Of a stretch of DNA of 64,000 nt, positions 26,029-38,399 are shown piece after piece. The notes under the pieces were generated by a model that was not told where the DNA came from, did not search any database, and saw only the letters and a list, made by a program, of their open reading frames with translations. A program made the translations under genes and the position numbers. Source of the DNA: Stegostoma tigrinum (taxonomy: Eukaryota); contig NC_081369.1 in NCBI RefSeq assembly GCF_030684315.1, forward strand, positions 12,748,035 through 12,812,034, in the 5' to 3' direction. Position 1 is the stretch's first letter, and each line of letters begins with the position of its first letter.

Positions 26029-28354
26029 AACCCAGACCCCTGCCGAATCTTCACCATCCCCCCCCAGACCTCCCACTGACCGAGGACGAACCGTCAGTCC
26101 TAAGCAAGGGGCTCACCTTTGTCCCCCTCCACCTGCACATCAACGAATACCAGTCACGTTTGGACATCAAGCAGTTTTTCCGCTGCCTTCGCCTCCACGC
26201 TTACTTCTTTAACCGGGAGCCTAACCCTCCCTCCACTGACCCCTTCACCCGCCTCCAATGCAAGTCCTCCTCCTGGACACCACCCCCGGGCCTCCTACCC
26301 TCCCTCAACCATCTCCAACTGCCGTCGAGACATCAACTGCCTCAACCTCTCCACCCCTCTCTCCCACTCCAACCTCTCCCCCGCAGAACGGACAGCCCTC
26401 CGCTCCAACCCCAACCTCACCATCAAACGCGCAGACAAGGGAGGCGCAGTGGTAGTATGGCGCACTGACCTCTACATCGCCGAGGCCAAACACCAACTCT
26501 CCAACACCACCTCCTATCGCCCCCTTGATCATGTCCGCACCTCCGAGCGCCAAACCATCATCTCCAATACCATCCATGACCTCATCACCTTAGGGGACCT
26601 CCCACCCACAGCCTCCAACCTTATTGTTCCCCTACCCTGCATGGCCCGTTTCTATCTCCTTCCCAAAATCCACAAAGCCGCCTGCCCTGGTCGACTTATC
26701 GTCTCAGCCTGCTCTTGCCCCTCCGAACTCATCTCCACCTATCTGGGCTCAATTTTCTCTCCCTTGGTCCACGAACTCCCCACCTACCAAACGCCACCTC
26801 TTCCTCCGTAAATAGATGACTGTATCGGCGTCGCCTCTTGCTCCCCAGAGCAGCTCAAACAGTCCATCCACTTCACCAACACGTTCCATCCCAACCTCAC
26901 GCCCTCCACCTCCTCCAGAACTTCCAATTCCCTGGCCCCCAACACCTCATTTTCACCATGGACGTCCAGTCCCTATACACCTGTATTCCTCATGCAGATG
27001 GCCTCAAGGCCCTCCGCTTCTTCCTGTCCCGCATGCCTGACCAGTCACCCTCCACTGACACCCTCATCTGCCTAGCCAAACACGTCCTCACCCTCAACAG
27101 CTTCTCTTTTGCTTCCTCCCACTTCCTACAGACAAAGGGGGTGGCCGTGGGTACCCGCATGGGCCCAAGCAATGCCTGCCTCTTTGTAGGTTACGTGGAA
27201 CAGTCGCTCTTCCGCACCTACACAGTCCCCAAACGCCAGCTCTTCCTCCGTTACATTGATGACTGTATTGGCGCCGCCTCTTGCTCCCCAGAGCAGCTCA
27301 AACAGTTCATCCACTTCACCAACACCTTTCACCCCAACCTTCAGTTCACCTGGGCCATCTCTAACACATCCCTCACCTTCCTGGACACCTCAGTTTCCAT
27401 CTCAGGTAACCAGCTAGAAACTGACGTCCGTTTCAAGCCCAACAACTCCCACAGCTACCTGGAATACACCTCCTCCCACCCACCCTCCTGCAAAAATTCC
27501 ATCCCTTATTCCCAATTCCTTCACATCCACTGCATCTGCTCCCAGAATGAGGCATTGCACTCCCGCACATCCCAGATGTCCATGTTCTTCAAGGACTGCA
27601 ACTTTCCCCCCACAGTGGTCGAGAACACCCTTGACCGCGTCTCCCGCAACATATCCCTCACACCCCGCCCCCGTAACAACCGCCCGAAGAGGATTCCCCT
27701 CGTCCTCACATACCACCCCACCAACCTCCAGATACAACGCATCATCCTCCGACACTTCCGCCATCTACAATCCGACCCCACCACCCAAGACATTTTTCCA
27801 TCCCCACCCTTGTCTGCCTTCCGGAGAGACCACTCTCAGTGACTCCCTTGTCCACTCCACACTCCCCTCCAATCCCACCACACCCGGCACCTTCCCCTGC
27901 AACCGCAGGAAGTGCTAACTTGCCCCCACATCGTCTCCCTCACTCCCCTCCCAGGCCCCAAGATGACTTCCATATTAAGCAGATGTTCACCTGCTCATCT
28001 GCCAATGTGGTATACTGTATCCACTGTACCCAGTGTGGCTTCCTCTACATTGGGGAAACCAAGTGGAGGCTCAGGGACCGCTTTGCAGAACACCTCCACA
28101 AGGTTTGCAATAAACAAATGCACCTCCCAGTCGCGAACCATTTTAACTCCCCCTCCCATTCTTTAGATGACATGTCCATCATGGGCCTCCTGCAGTGCCA
28201 CAATGATGCCACCCGAAGGTTGCAGGAACAGCAACTCATATTCCACTTGGGAACCCTGCAGTCCAATGGTATCAATGTGGGCTTCACAAGCTTCAAAATC
28301 TCCACTTCGCCCAGTGCATCCCAAAACCAGCCCAGCTTGTCCCCGCCTCCCTAA
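26029..28354 (+). pseudogene. Disrupted PLE RT/GIY-YIG ORF
   Basis: Overlapping ORFs 25956-26468, 26119-26811, 26838-27842 and 27839-28354 join into one polyprotein through several frameshifts. Confidence 0.9.
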
Positions 28355-28569
28355 CCTGTTCTTCCTCTCACCTATCCCCTCCTCCCACCTCAAGCCGCAC
28401 CTCCATTTCCTACCTGCTAACCTCATCCCGCCTCCTTGACCTGTCAGTCTTCCCTGGACTGACCTATCCCCTCCCTACCTCCCCACCACCTCTCTCCTTT
28501 TCTCTCCATCTTCGGTCTGCCTCCCCCTCTCTCCCTATTTATTCCAGAACCCTCTCCCCCGCCCCTTCT

Positions 28570-28597
28570 CTGACGGAGGGTCTAGGCCCGAAACGTC
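28570..28597 (+). ncRNA. Hammerhead motif, one core substitution (CTGACGG)
   Basis: CTGACGG-AGGGTCTAGGCCC-GAAAC-GTC. Confidence 0.6.
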
Positions 28598-28784
28598 AGC
28601 TTTTGTGCGCCTGTGATGCTGCTTGGCCTGCTGTGTTCATCCAGCTCTACACTTCGATATCTTGGATTCTCCAGCATCTGCAGTTCCCATTATCACAGAA
28701 GCAAGGATGATATATTCACGTTATACAGGACATTGCCAAGACCACAGCAATGACCACAACAATTGCTGAGGCCACCGCAATTTA

Positions 28785-29100
28785 GGGGAGGCGATGGTCC
28801 AGTTAACTCAGAGACCCTGGTAATGTTCTAAGAAACTGAGTTCTAATCCCACCATGGCAGATGGTGGAAGCTGAATTAAACGTAAAAACAAAAATATCTG
28901 GAATTGATAGTCTAATTATTACCATGAAACAACTGCCAGGAAAAAAAAAGTCCTTTCGGAAAGGAAATTGCTACCCTTACCTGGTCTGGCCTACATGTGA
29001 CTCCAGATCCACCATGTAGTCAACTCATAACTGCCTTTGGACAATTAAGGATTGGCAATTAATGCTGGCCTAACCAGAGACTCCATCTTCACTTCCATGA
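28785..29100 (+). mobile_element. tRNA-derived SINE
   Basis: B-box-like gagttctaatcccacc and a body shared with the 13468 and 53745 copies. Confidence 0.7.
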
Positions 29101-29894
29101 ATAATTTTTAAAAATACCTCTAATACAGTGTGCTGTTTTGGTCTTCTTAAAGAAAGAAAATATGTTGCAGGTAATTCAGATGAGGCTCACTAGATAACTG
29201 GAATGAGTGCACTAGCTTTTGAAAATAGGTTGGACAGGCAGGGCTTGTGTCCACAGGAGTTTAGAGCAGCAGGGGATGATGTGTTTGTAGTACAACAGAT
29301 GCCAAATAGTCTTGACAGGGTAGATATGGAAAGGACACTTACTCTATAGTCCAAAACTAAAGGACTCTAATTTTAAAATTAGAGTTCACTTTTTTAGGTT
29401 AGAGATATGGGGAATCTTTTTCTATCCCCAGCACAGGATTGAGACTCTAACTAATTAAGATTGGAGTATTTCAGTCAGAGCATCTGTCGGTTCCACCTTT
29501 GCTTCCAGTTCAAAAAGTCTATTTAGCTCGCTTAGCATGGCTGGCTGCAAGAGGAACTCAGTTTGGCTGAAGAAACATCCCAAGTGGACTAAATTGCTTT
29601 TCTGCTTTGAATCTTACCAATTTGCATACTTTTTTCATCTTATCCAATATCATACAGTCACCTTTTTACTACATTAACAGTATCTCCACTGAGATCAAAT
29701 GCAGAAGTAGTAATTTAGTCAGGGATGTCCTCTGCCTTTTTTGATCTCCCATGAGCCCTACTCTTCCACCATGTTACCAAAAAGCTACGGGTTAGCTTCT
29801 AATCTGTCATGCTTTAATCCCTTTTTCTTTTTAGATCTTCTCTGTACCACCTGTATTCAGTTTGGTTCTTGAACAGACAATATACTTTATAACC

Positions 29895-30405
29895 AGAGAT
29901 AGTAGGAACTACCAATGCTGGAGAATCTGAGATAACACGGTGTGAAGCTGGATGAACACAGTGGGCCAAGCAGCCTCAGAGGAGCAGGAAAGCTTTACGT
30001 TTCCGGTCGGGACCCTTCTTCAGAAATGGGGAAGGGGAAGGGGATTCTGAAAAAAAAACGGTGACAGGGGAGGCATATAGAAGATGGATAAAGGAGAACA
30101 TAGAGTGAGAGGAGACAGACAGTTCAAAGAAGCGGGGTTAGAGCCAGCGAAGGTGAATGCAGTTGGGGAGTTAGCGGGGATAGGTCAGTCCAGGGAGGAT
30201 GGACAGGTCGGGGTGGCGGGATGAGGTTAGTGGGTAGGGGATGAGGTGGGAGGAATGGTTAGGGAGGCAGGAACTAGCTGGGCTGGTTTTGGCATGGTCG
30301 AGGGAGGGGAGATTTTGAAGCGACTGGGCGGTGTAGTTGTTTGTTGCGAATAGAGTGTAGGTGTTCTGCAAAGCGGTCCCCAAGCCTCCATTTGGTTTCC
30401 CCGAT
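29895..30405 (-). mobile_element. PLE 3' fragment (end of GIY-YIG plus pLTR)
   Basis: Reverse-complement similarity to about 4715-5447 with an internal deletion. Flanking repeats: tactttataac at 29883-29893 and 30427-30437; ctttataacc also at 30416-30425. Confidence 0.88.
29996..30023 (-). ncRNA. Hammerhead motif, core intact, sense to CBFB pre-mRNA
   Basis: Minus strand reads CTGAAGA-AGGGTCCCGACCG-GAAAC-GTA. Confidence 0.65.
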
Positions 30406-30569
30406 TTTCCGCAAGCTTTATAACCCTACTTTATAACTATAAAGCCCCTCCATGTGTTTTTTAACCTCGTCAATAGTCAGCTAAGAGCTCCAGTCTTAAG
30501 GGTCTTGTCTTTCCTTTCCTCAAGAGGATTAGCCTCATTGCAGCAGACCTAATTTAGAAAACGTGAGCC

Positions 30570-31055
30570 AACATTCCAATTAAATCCAATTCAGGCTGGA
30601 GGAACACATCTCATTTTCTGTTGAGGGACTTAACAGCTCATGGACTCAACACTGAGTTGAATAATTTCAGATCATGAACTGAGCCCTCCATTTTTGTTTC
30701 CCTGTCTTCTCTCCCACTGATTGTCTGGTTTTCACTCAACCTATATTTTGTATTAACACCTCTATTAATGATTGCTCTGGACCTCTCTTCCCCATAATCA
30801 TTGTCAAGACCTTTGTCTTTTGTTCTGTGACAACTATGATCTCTAATCTCTTTTGCCCTCTAACCTTCGCTTCTGTTCCACTTGCTCCTCCTACCTTTAG
30901 CTAATTTGTTAAAAACCACCAGTTTTCACCTTTCTTCAGCTTAGAAGGGGAGTCATTTTGGACGTTAACTTTGTTTCTATCTCCACAGATGCTTCCAGGC
31001 CTGCCGAGTTTCTCAAGTATTTCCTGCTTTTTATTTCAGATTTCCAGCATCGGCA
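30570..31055 (+). mobile_element. Old, degenerate PLE 3' end
   Basis: Decayed GIY-YIG C-terminus (ggaacacatctcattttc...ggactcaacactgag) followed by an acagatgct...ccagcatc tail. Confidence 0.6.
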
Positions 31056-31364
31056 TTGCTTATCTAAAGAGAATCGATCAATTCTATACCTAACTCACGA
31101 AGTTTACCCTTCCCACAAAGTTTTTTGCTCCATTATACCTGGTCTTCTTCCAGAATTTTGAAAGTTGATATTTTGATCAGTCATCAAAAGCTGCCCCAGT
31201 TCTTTTCTCATAACCAAATGCAGTGTTTCTATCTTCATTGGGCTGGAAACAATGACCAAAAGTTCTCTTTAACATGCTTAAGGAACTTTTCTCCCTCTAT
31301 GCCTATTGCATTATTATCTTGGTGCACATTAAAATAACTGAAGCCCATCATAATGCAATAGTTA

Positions 31365-32360
31365 TAGAGTCAAAGAGCGTGGAAACAGACCTTTGGTCCA
31401 ACTTGTTCATGCTGATCAAGTTTCCTAAACTAAACTAGTCCCATTTGCCTGCGTTTGGTACATATCCCTTCTGACCTTTCCAATTCATTAACTTATCCAA
31501 ATGTCTTTTAAATGTTGTAACTTCACCTGCATCTACCACTTCCTCTGGCAGTTCATTCCACATACGAACCACCCCCTGCATAAAGTTGCTCTTCAGGTCC
31601 CTTTTTAAAAATCATTCTCCTCTCACCTTAAAAATCTGTCCCCTAGTTTTGAATTCTATCCTAGGGGAAACCCTTGCCATTTACCTTACCTACGCCCCTC
31701 ATTGCTGTAAACATCTATAAAAGGTTACCCCTCAACTTCCTACGCTCCGGTCAAGGAAGTCTAAGCCAATCCGGCCTCTCCTTATAACTCAAATCCAGTC
31801 CCGGTAACATCTTTGCAAATCTTCTCTGCACATTGTCTAATTTAATAATATCCTTGGTATAGCAGAAATGGACAAAGTACTCCAAAAGTGGCCTCCCCAA
31901 CAGCCTCCACAACCAAAACATAACACCTGTACTCCTATACTCAATGATCTGAGCAATGGAGGCAAGCATGCCAAGTCTTTTTTACCACCCTATCGACACA
32001 ACTTTCAACAAACCTGAAATACCTGAACCCCTACATCTTTTTGATAACACCCCCCGGAGCCTACCATTAACTGTACAAGTCCTGCCTTATTCGTCTTACC
32101 AAGTGTTCATCTAAATTAATCTAATCAAGTTCCCTTGAAAATCTTAGATAATCTCTACATTGCCGACTATACAGCCAATTTTGGTGTCATCACAAACTTA
32201 CTGATCAAATTTCCTATGTTCTCAGCTGAATCATTTTTGTAAGTAACAAACAAGTAGACCCAGCACAGATCCTTGCAAACACTGCTGGTCACAGACCTCC
32301 AGTCCGAAAAACAACCCTCGCCCTCTGTCTACCACTGTCAAGCTAATTTTGTATCCAATC
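31365..32360 (-). mobile_element. CR1 LINE 3' part
   Basis: ORF 31751-31969 contains IEYRSTGVMFWLWRLLGRPLLEY; the tail matches 11498-11750. Confidence 0.85.
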
Positions 32361-34108
32361 TAATCGCTCCTTGTTTTTAGTCTGCAAACCTTTTGGTGTA
32401 TCACTTTTCCACTACTTTATGGCCGACACACACACACAGTAGCATACCAGTATATGTACTGTTTTTTCTTTTACAACCCCAGCCGACGACAATACTGCAC
32501 AAGTCAGATCTTTGAGATCAATTATTTTCTATTGTGAAGGACTTCATTTCCTATCACCTCTTTTTTGAACACTTGTATGGCCCGCAATGTTGAATTTCAA
32601 TTGGCTTTTATCCCCCAAGCATGGATTCAGGTACTGCCAGCACTGCAATATCCCATGTGACCATTCCTCAACTCAACAATTTTACACTGCAGCATAGATT
32701 TTCACTTCAACACAGAAATATGAAATGGTGCTATTTTGACAAGAATTGAGAGACAGTATGAACTGAAATGGCATGATGTTAAGAGTGCAGGGTGGGGGTA
32801 ACACTTTGCTGTAATTTTCATACATTGATAAAGTGCAGGGCAAGTCAGAAGGCAGCCAGAGAGAAAGAGAATATTAAAGTGAGCAAAATTGTGCTAAATC
32901 TTTGTAAACACTGGCTAGCTCTCAGGTACCCAATTCCAGATAACAGCTTGAATCAGGATGTCAAGACCTGGACAGGATGCAGAACAGGTGTAATATAGCT
33001 GTTCATAGAAATAAGGCAATCATAGCATCAAGCAAGCAGGATGGGGACTTCATACTCAGGGATTTCAGTCTGCGTAGAGATTAAAGAAGTTATGATTGTT
33101 CTTCGAGCACATATCAAGATGACGTGATAAGTTGTTCAGAATCATGATTTTACTCTTGAAAAATCCAAGTTTTAATTTGCATGCTCCTATATTCTGAGTT
33201 CTGTCAGAGGAAATAAAATAGAATAAAACCATGAAGTTTAATCATTTTAATCACCCTTTCAGTTATTTTATCTCAGAGTAAAAGTTTACGTGAACTGTCT
33301 TCAATATAAAAGTTTTAAGTCCTATTTTCACTTTCTTAAAAATCTGCTTAGATTTTCAGGGGCTCTTCTTCCACTATAATTAGCCCGTTTGTTAGGTAAC
33401 ATGTAGTGTCCTTACCTTCTGAATTAGTTTTTCTAAGATCTCCTTCTAGGAAGATATGATGAAGTGAATGCCAAAGGGCTGCAAGGCAAATTACTAGTTA
33501 ATCTATTGAGGGATAAGTTTAAGCAGAATTGCAGACATTCTGCATGTCTCCTTGAAACTGCTGTGAGGTCACTGAAATCAACTCAACCAAGTAAATGAGG
33601 CACCGGTTCAACATATCATCTGAAAAGAGTTCGGTAAAAACTTAAGAACAAATCTCATTTCTCTGCTAAACATCCTGCAATTTGATCAAAATATCTTGAC
33701 CATACCAATATTAACTTTCACAAATTGAGCTCAACTCACATTTATCGCCAGGTTTTAAATACAGCAATGTTGTTATTCAATAGAAATATCAGCTACATCA
33801 TGACATTTCTAATCTCCCTCTGAATTTATAATTTCAATGTGTCTGTGCTTCCTTCTTCTCAGTTTCTGATGCTGTTGACATACTTGTCACCTGTTTCTCA
33901 GTTGCAAAGAATGACCCTAAATTGACTTCGTTTCTCTACATATCCTAACTGAGTTGTATGCTTCCAGTTTTTCCTTAGGTTTTGTTTCAGTTCTCTCTTC
34001 AGAATGCTTATGCCGTGGCGTAATGTAGCTGCTCAGAGAAACAAGGCTATCAAATCATCAAGCAAGCAGGATGGGAAGTCCATACCTACCATAACAGTAA
34101 TAATTCAT

Positions 34109-35805
34109 GAATTGGGGAGGGGAAGGGGATTCTGAAATAAATAGGGAGAAAGGGCTAGGCAGACAGAAGAAGGATAAAGGAGAAGATAGGTGGAGAGGAG
34201 ACAGACAGGTCAAGGAGGCAGGCTTGGAGCCATTAAAGGTGAGTGTAGGTGTTGAGTTAGGGAGGGGATCGGTCGATCCAGGGAGGAAAGACAGGTCCAG
34301 GAAGCGGGATGAGGCTAGTAGGTAGGAGATGGGGGTGAGGTTTGAGGTGGGGGGGGGGGGGGGGGGGGGGGTGGGGAGTGGATTGGTGAGTGGACAGGTT
34401 AGGGAGCTGGATACGAGCTGGGCTGGTTTTGGAACACGGTCGGGGGAGGGGAGGAGATTTTGAAACTTGTGAAGTCCACATTGATACCATTGGGCTGCAG
34501 GGTTCCCAAGTGAAATATGAGATGTTGTCCCTGCAACCTGCAGGTGGAATTGTTGTGGCACTGCAGGAGGCCCAGGACGGGCATGTTGTTCAAGGAGTGG
34601 GAGGCGGAGTTGAAATGGTTTGCAACTAGTAGGTGCAGTTGTTTGTTGCGAACCTGTCACAGGTGTTCGACAAAGCAGTCCTCGTTTTTCAAGGACCATA
34701 ACTTCCCCTCCACAGTGGGCAAAAACACCCTCAACCGTGTCTCACATCTCCTGCAACTCACCCCTCACATCCGATCCCCGCAATAATAACCAAAACAGAA
34801 TCCCCCTTGTCCAACCTCCGGATCCAACGCACCATCCTCCAACACTTGCGCCATCTGCAATCCGATCCCACTACTAAAGACATTTTTCCCTCCCAACCCT
34901 TATCTGCTTTCCGGAGGGACCACTCTCTCCGGGACTCCCTTGTCCGCTCCGCACTCCCCACCACCCTCGGCACTTTTCCCTGCAACTGCAGGAAGTGCTA
35001 CATCTGTCCCTACGCCTACCCCTCAGCCCCATCCCAGGCCCTAAGATGATCTTTCACATCAAACAGATGTTCACCTGCACATCTGCTAACGTGGTATACT
35101 GTATCCGCTGTTCCCAATGTGGCCTCCTCTACATCAGGGAAACCAAACAGAGGCTTGAAGACCGCTTTATGGAACACTTATGATTGGTTCGCAACAAACA
35201 ACTGCATCTCCCAGTCATGAAGCATTTCAACTCCCCCTCCCACTCCTCGAACGACATGTCCATCCTGGGCCTCCTGCAGTGCCACAACGTTGCCAGCTGA
35301 AGGTTGCAGGAACAGCATCTCATAGTTCGCTCGGGAACCCTGCTGCCTAATGGTATCAATGTGGACTTCACAAGTTTCAAAATCTCCTCCCCTCCTCCGA
35401 CCGCATCCCACAACCAGCCCAGATCGTATCTGCCTCCTTAACCTGTCCTCCCACCAATCCACTCCTTCCACCTCAAGCCCCACCCCCATCTCCTACCTAC
35501 TAGCCTCATCCCACCTCACGGACCTGTCCATCCACACTGGATCAACCTATGCCCTCCCTAATTCCCCACCTATACTCACTTTTACTGGCTCCAAGCCTGC
35601 CTTTGACCTGTCTGTCTCCTCTCCACCTATCTTCTCTCCACCTCCCCCTTTCTCCCTATTTATTTCGGAACCCCCTTCCCCTCCCCCATTTCTGAAGAAG
35701 GGTCCAGACAAGAAATGTCAGCTTTCCTGCTCCTCTGCCTGCTGTGTTCATCCAGCCCTACATCTTATCTCAGATTCTCCACCATCAGCAGTTCCTACTA
35801 TCTCT
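34109..35805 (+). mobile_element. PLE with inverted 5' arm (34109-34680 minus; about 34678-35805 plus)
   Basis: Both arms match the GIY-YIG/pLTR region. Degenerate TSD cagtaa(taa)ttcat at about 34095-34108 and 35810-35820. Degenerate hammerhead at 35692-35719. Confidence 0.9.
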
Positions 35806-36654
35806 GTAGCAGTAATTCATACTCTGGACAGCCACCAGCACAATCATGTCAAGTGTACCTAGAGCTGGGGCCTCATGAATGTGCTTTTCCTGACCTCTAG
35901 CTCACATGCAATGAACGCAACGTTTCTGCCATTTGTCGTCTTCATCATTGATTTTCCACAGACGTGAACGTGAATTTGCACACCACACACTCCTGCGCAC
36001 TACGAATCCTATGTCCTTACAACCTTCTCCTTTACTTTCACAGCTTACAGGTGCTCATACCCATGGGGAAGACCAGATTCTGTGGTTCCTGCTTCCTTGC
36101 TTCAACTAAGGATCCATCATTATACTGACTACAATCACATAATAATACTCTTCTCCGTGTGGTGTGACTCTGCTCTAGAGTAAATTCCAGATATGCTATA
36201 TGCTTAGCAGTCTTTTTAAACTTGTACTTCATTTTAGTGATTCAGAACTGGAGTGACTCGAGAGTTATTTCCTCTGAAGTATCCATCTGGGACACTGACT
36301 GCAGATTCGAACATTTACTCACAAAAATTATTCTATTTTGTAATATGAGAGCAAAGAGGCACAGAAGTAGGAAAGGTTACTCCAGCTCATGTTCTGACAT
36401 AAGATTTGATCAGATAGATTCAGTTAGGATTTCTTTTAGACTACTTTATGGTTCAGTTAATTGAGTACAAAACAAAAATTGAGTAAGGTAATAATTTCAG
36501 GGTCCTGGTTATTTATTTTGTTCAAAATTTAAATCAAAATGGACAAGTGTTAAAGGAAGAATAAATACTCTTCTGGCTTTCTTAATTTGCTTAGCTGTAC
36601 CTACCCCGGCATTAAAATTTCCACATACCACATTCTTGTTTAAAAATTGGAAAG

Positions 36655-36795
36655 AGGATTTGCATTTATGTAGCACATTGTGCAATCTCAGGATAGCTCA
36701 GAAAAATTTCACAGCCAATGAAATACTTCTGAAACACAGCCATTGTTGAAATACAAGAAATGCCAATTTTTTCATAGCAAGCTTCACAAATAGCA
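36655..36795 (-). mobile_element. Ancient SINE fragment (DeuSINE-like by recall); related copies at about 14140-14330 and 40885-41050
   Basis: ttgcatttatgtagcac...cacagccaatgaaatacttctgaa is the reverse complement of the ttggctgtaaaactttggaacatc segment near 41006-41029. Confidence 0.45.
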
Positions 36796-36831
36796 ATACT
36801 GCAGAAGTGCTGGTATAGGGCTGGGGTGGAC

Positions 36832-37006
36832 AAAGTCGTAAGTCACATGATACCAGGGTGTAGTCCAACAGGTTTATTTGATATCAACCTTTTGGAGTCC
36901 TGCTCCTTCATCAGATGACTTCATCTGAAGAAGCAGTGCTTTGAAAGCTTGAGATTTCAAATAAACCTGTTGGGCTACAACCTGGTGTCGTGCGACTTCT
37001 GACTTT
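36832..37006. mobile_element. Palindromic 175-bp element with back-to-back hammerhead motifs (second family)
   Basis: Arms aaagtc...aacaggtttatttga and tcaaataaacctgtt...gacttt. Plus strand CTGAAGA-AGCAGTGCTTT-GAAA-GCTT (36925-36950); minus strand CTGATGA-AGGAGCAGGACTCC-AAAA-GGTT (36886-36914). Confidence 0.8.
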
Positions 37007-38399
37007 AAACAGCAACATGACAAGAACGCAATATATTTTTTCAATAGAGGGATAAGTACCGGCCAAGTCACTGGGAACAACTTTCCGGATGGGACACAAG
37101 AATGAAAAAGAGCGAAGCTGTATGCATTTAGCATATAAGCAAAAACATTATTTTTGGAGCCTGAAAAAAAGGGGGCTTTTTTTGCTAGCTTGACTTACTG
37201 CATTTTATGTTAATTGTTTCAATTTGCTGATAGAGGTTATGGAATGTTGCTATTAAAAGCAAGTTCACACTGATTTTGGAATGAAACTTGTTCAAATTTA
37301 AACACAACAGTGCCAACAGAAGACACCACACATCAGGGTTTCACTTCTCTGACATATGCCTTTCTGAAATAAACAGAAAATGCTGGCAATACTCTTCTCC
37401 AAGTCATACATTAGCTGCAAGCAGCACAGGAGTGTTACAGTTTGCCTTAAACTGTGTGCCTTCAAAGGACAATGCAATATTAACATTGGAAATGAAAAAA
37501 TATTTGGTGAAATCTTTGATGTGACATTCACACTTCAATCATGTCTTTTATCTATGCTATATACATGCTTTCTGCTAGTGAAATACAAGATGTAGGCAGA
37601 TGCGTTCTAGGAAAACAGCTAAAGTTCCAGGACTTGTCCCCTTCAGAACAACATTCTATTTGTCCATAATGAAACCGCAAGTAATAATGGTAACATTATA
37701 ATTCTCAAAGGAAAGTGAAGGAACTCACATCAAGAATACTTTACAATAGCTCTCAATGTTGTTGAAACTGTTACAATCTAACATTTAGTAAAAGGTTTTA
37801 TGAATATTGTCATTATTCTAGACTATTCTAATTACCTTCAAACAATTAACATGTGGACAACAAAAGGAAGATCAATAATCACAGCATAATCAATATAAGG
37901 ACTTTTTTTGCTGGAGCACACCGGGAACAAAATACAGTCAGTTGCATACTACCTACTGACACCTGAGGTAACTGCAAACTCAATTTAGCCTATCACCTGA
38001 AGTTTCTCATCAGTTTCCTCTCAATCAAAATTTCTCTACTTAATTAGCTGGAGAAAGTGTTTGGGCAAGAGTTTTGCTTCTATACAGAAAATTTGTCAAG
38101 ACTTTTGTGCAAGAAAATCCCTTTTAAGAAAAGGAAAGCTATATTTTGCTGGACTCAAGCTACAGGTCAGCTGACCTGCACTTCTGTCCTCATGACTTCC
38201 TGTACACCGTGGTCAGCCTCCAACTGCCTGCACAGTTGCCAGCTGTCAGTAAATTTTCCATACAATACCTTAATGTCTATACAGACTACTGTTCAGATTA
38301 TTCAGTCCATTTATCTCAATCTTTCTCTAACATCACACCTCCATCACATCAGTCCAATTTTATTCAAGTTATAAGAATCAGTTTAGCTTGAAAGAGGAC

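Larger units (their letters stand above)
25602..28693 (+). mobile_element. Long Penelope-like element with an inverted 5' pLTR, inserted into a CR1 LINE
   Basis: 25602-26028 is the reverse complement of the 3' end. A frameshifted RT (KxADKG, LPKIHK, TMDVQSLYT, GVAVGTRMGP, RYIDD) and a GIY-YIG follow. 15-bp TSD cacagaagcaaggat at 25587-25601 and 28694-28708. Confidence 0.95.
24640..29440 (+). mobile_element. Old CR1 fragmented by MITE, PLE and SINE insertions
   Basis: RT motifs (EFADDTK, IEHRSKDDIFTLYRTL) become contiguous once the 25128-25303 and 25602-28693 insertions are removed. Confidence 0.75.

Noticed and set aside
34349-34371. Long G run, possible G-quadruplex
   Set aside because: Expanded homopolymer in a decaying pLTR; its length is unreliable.
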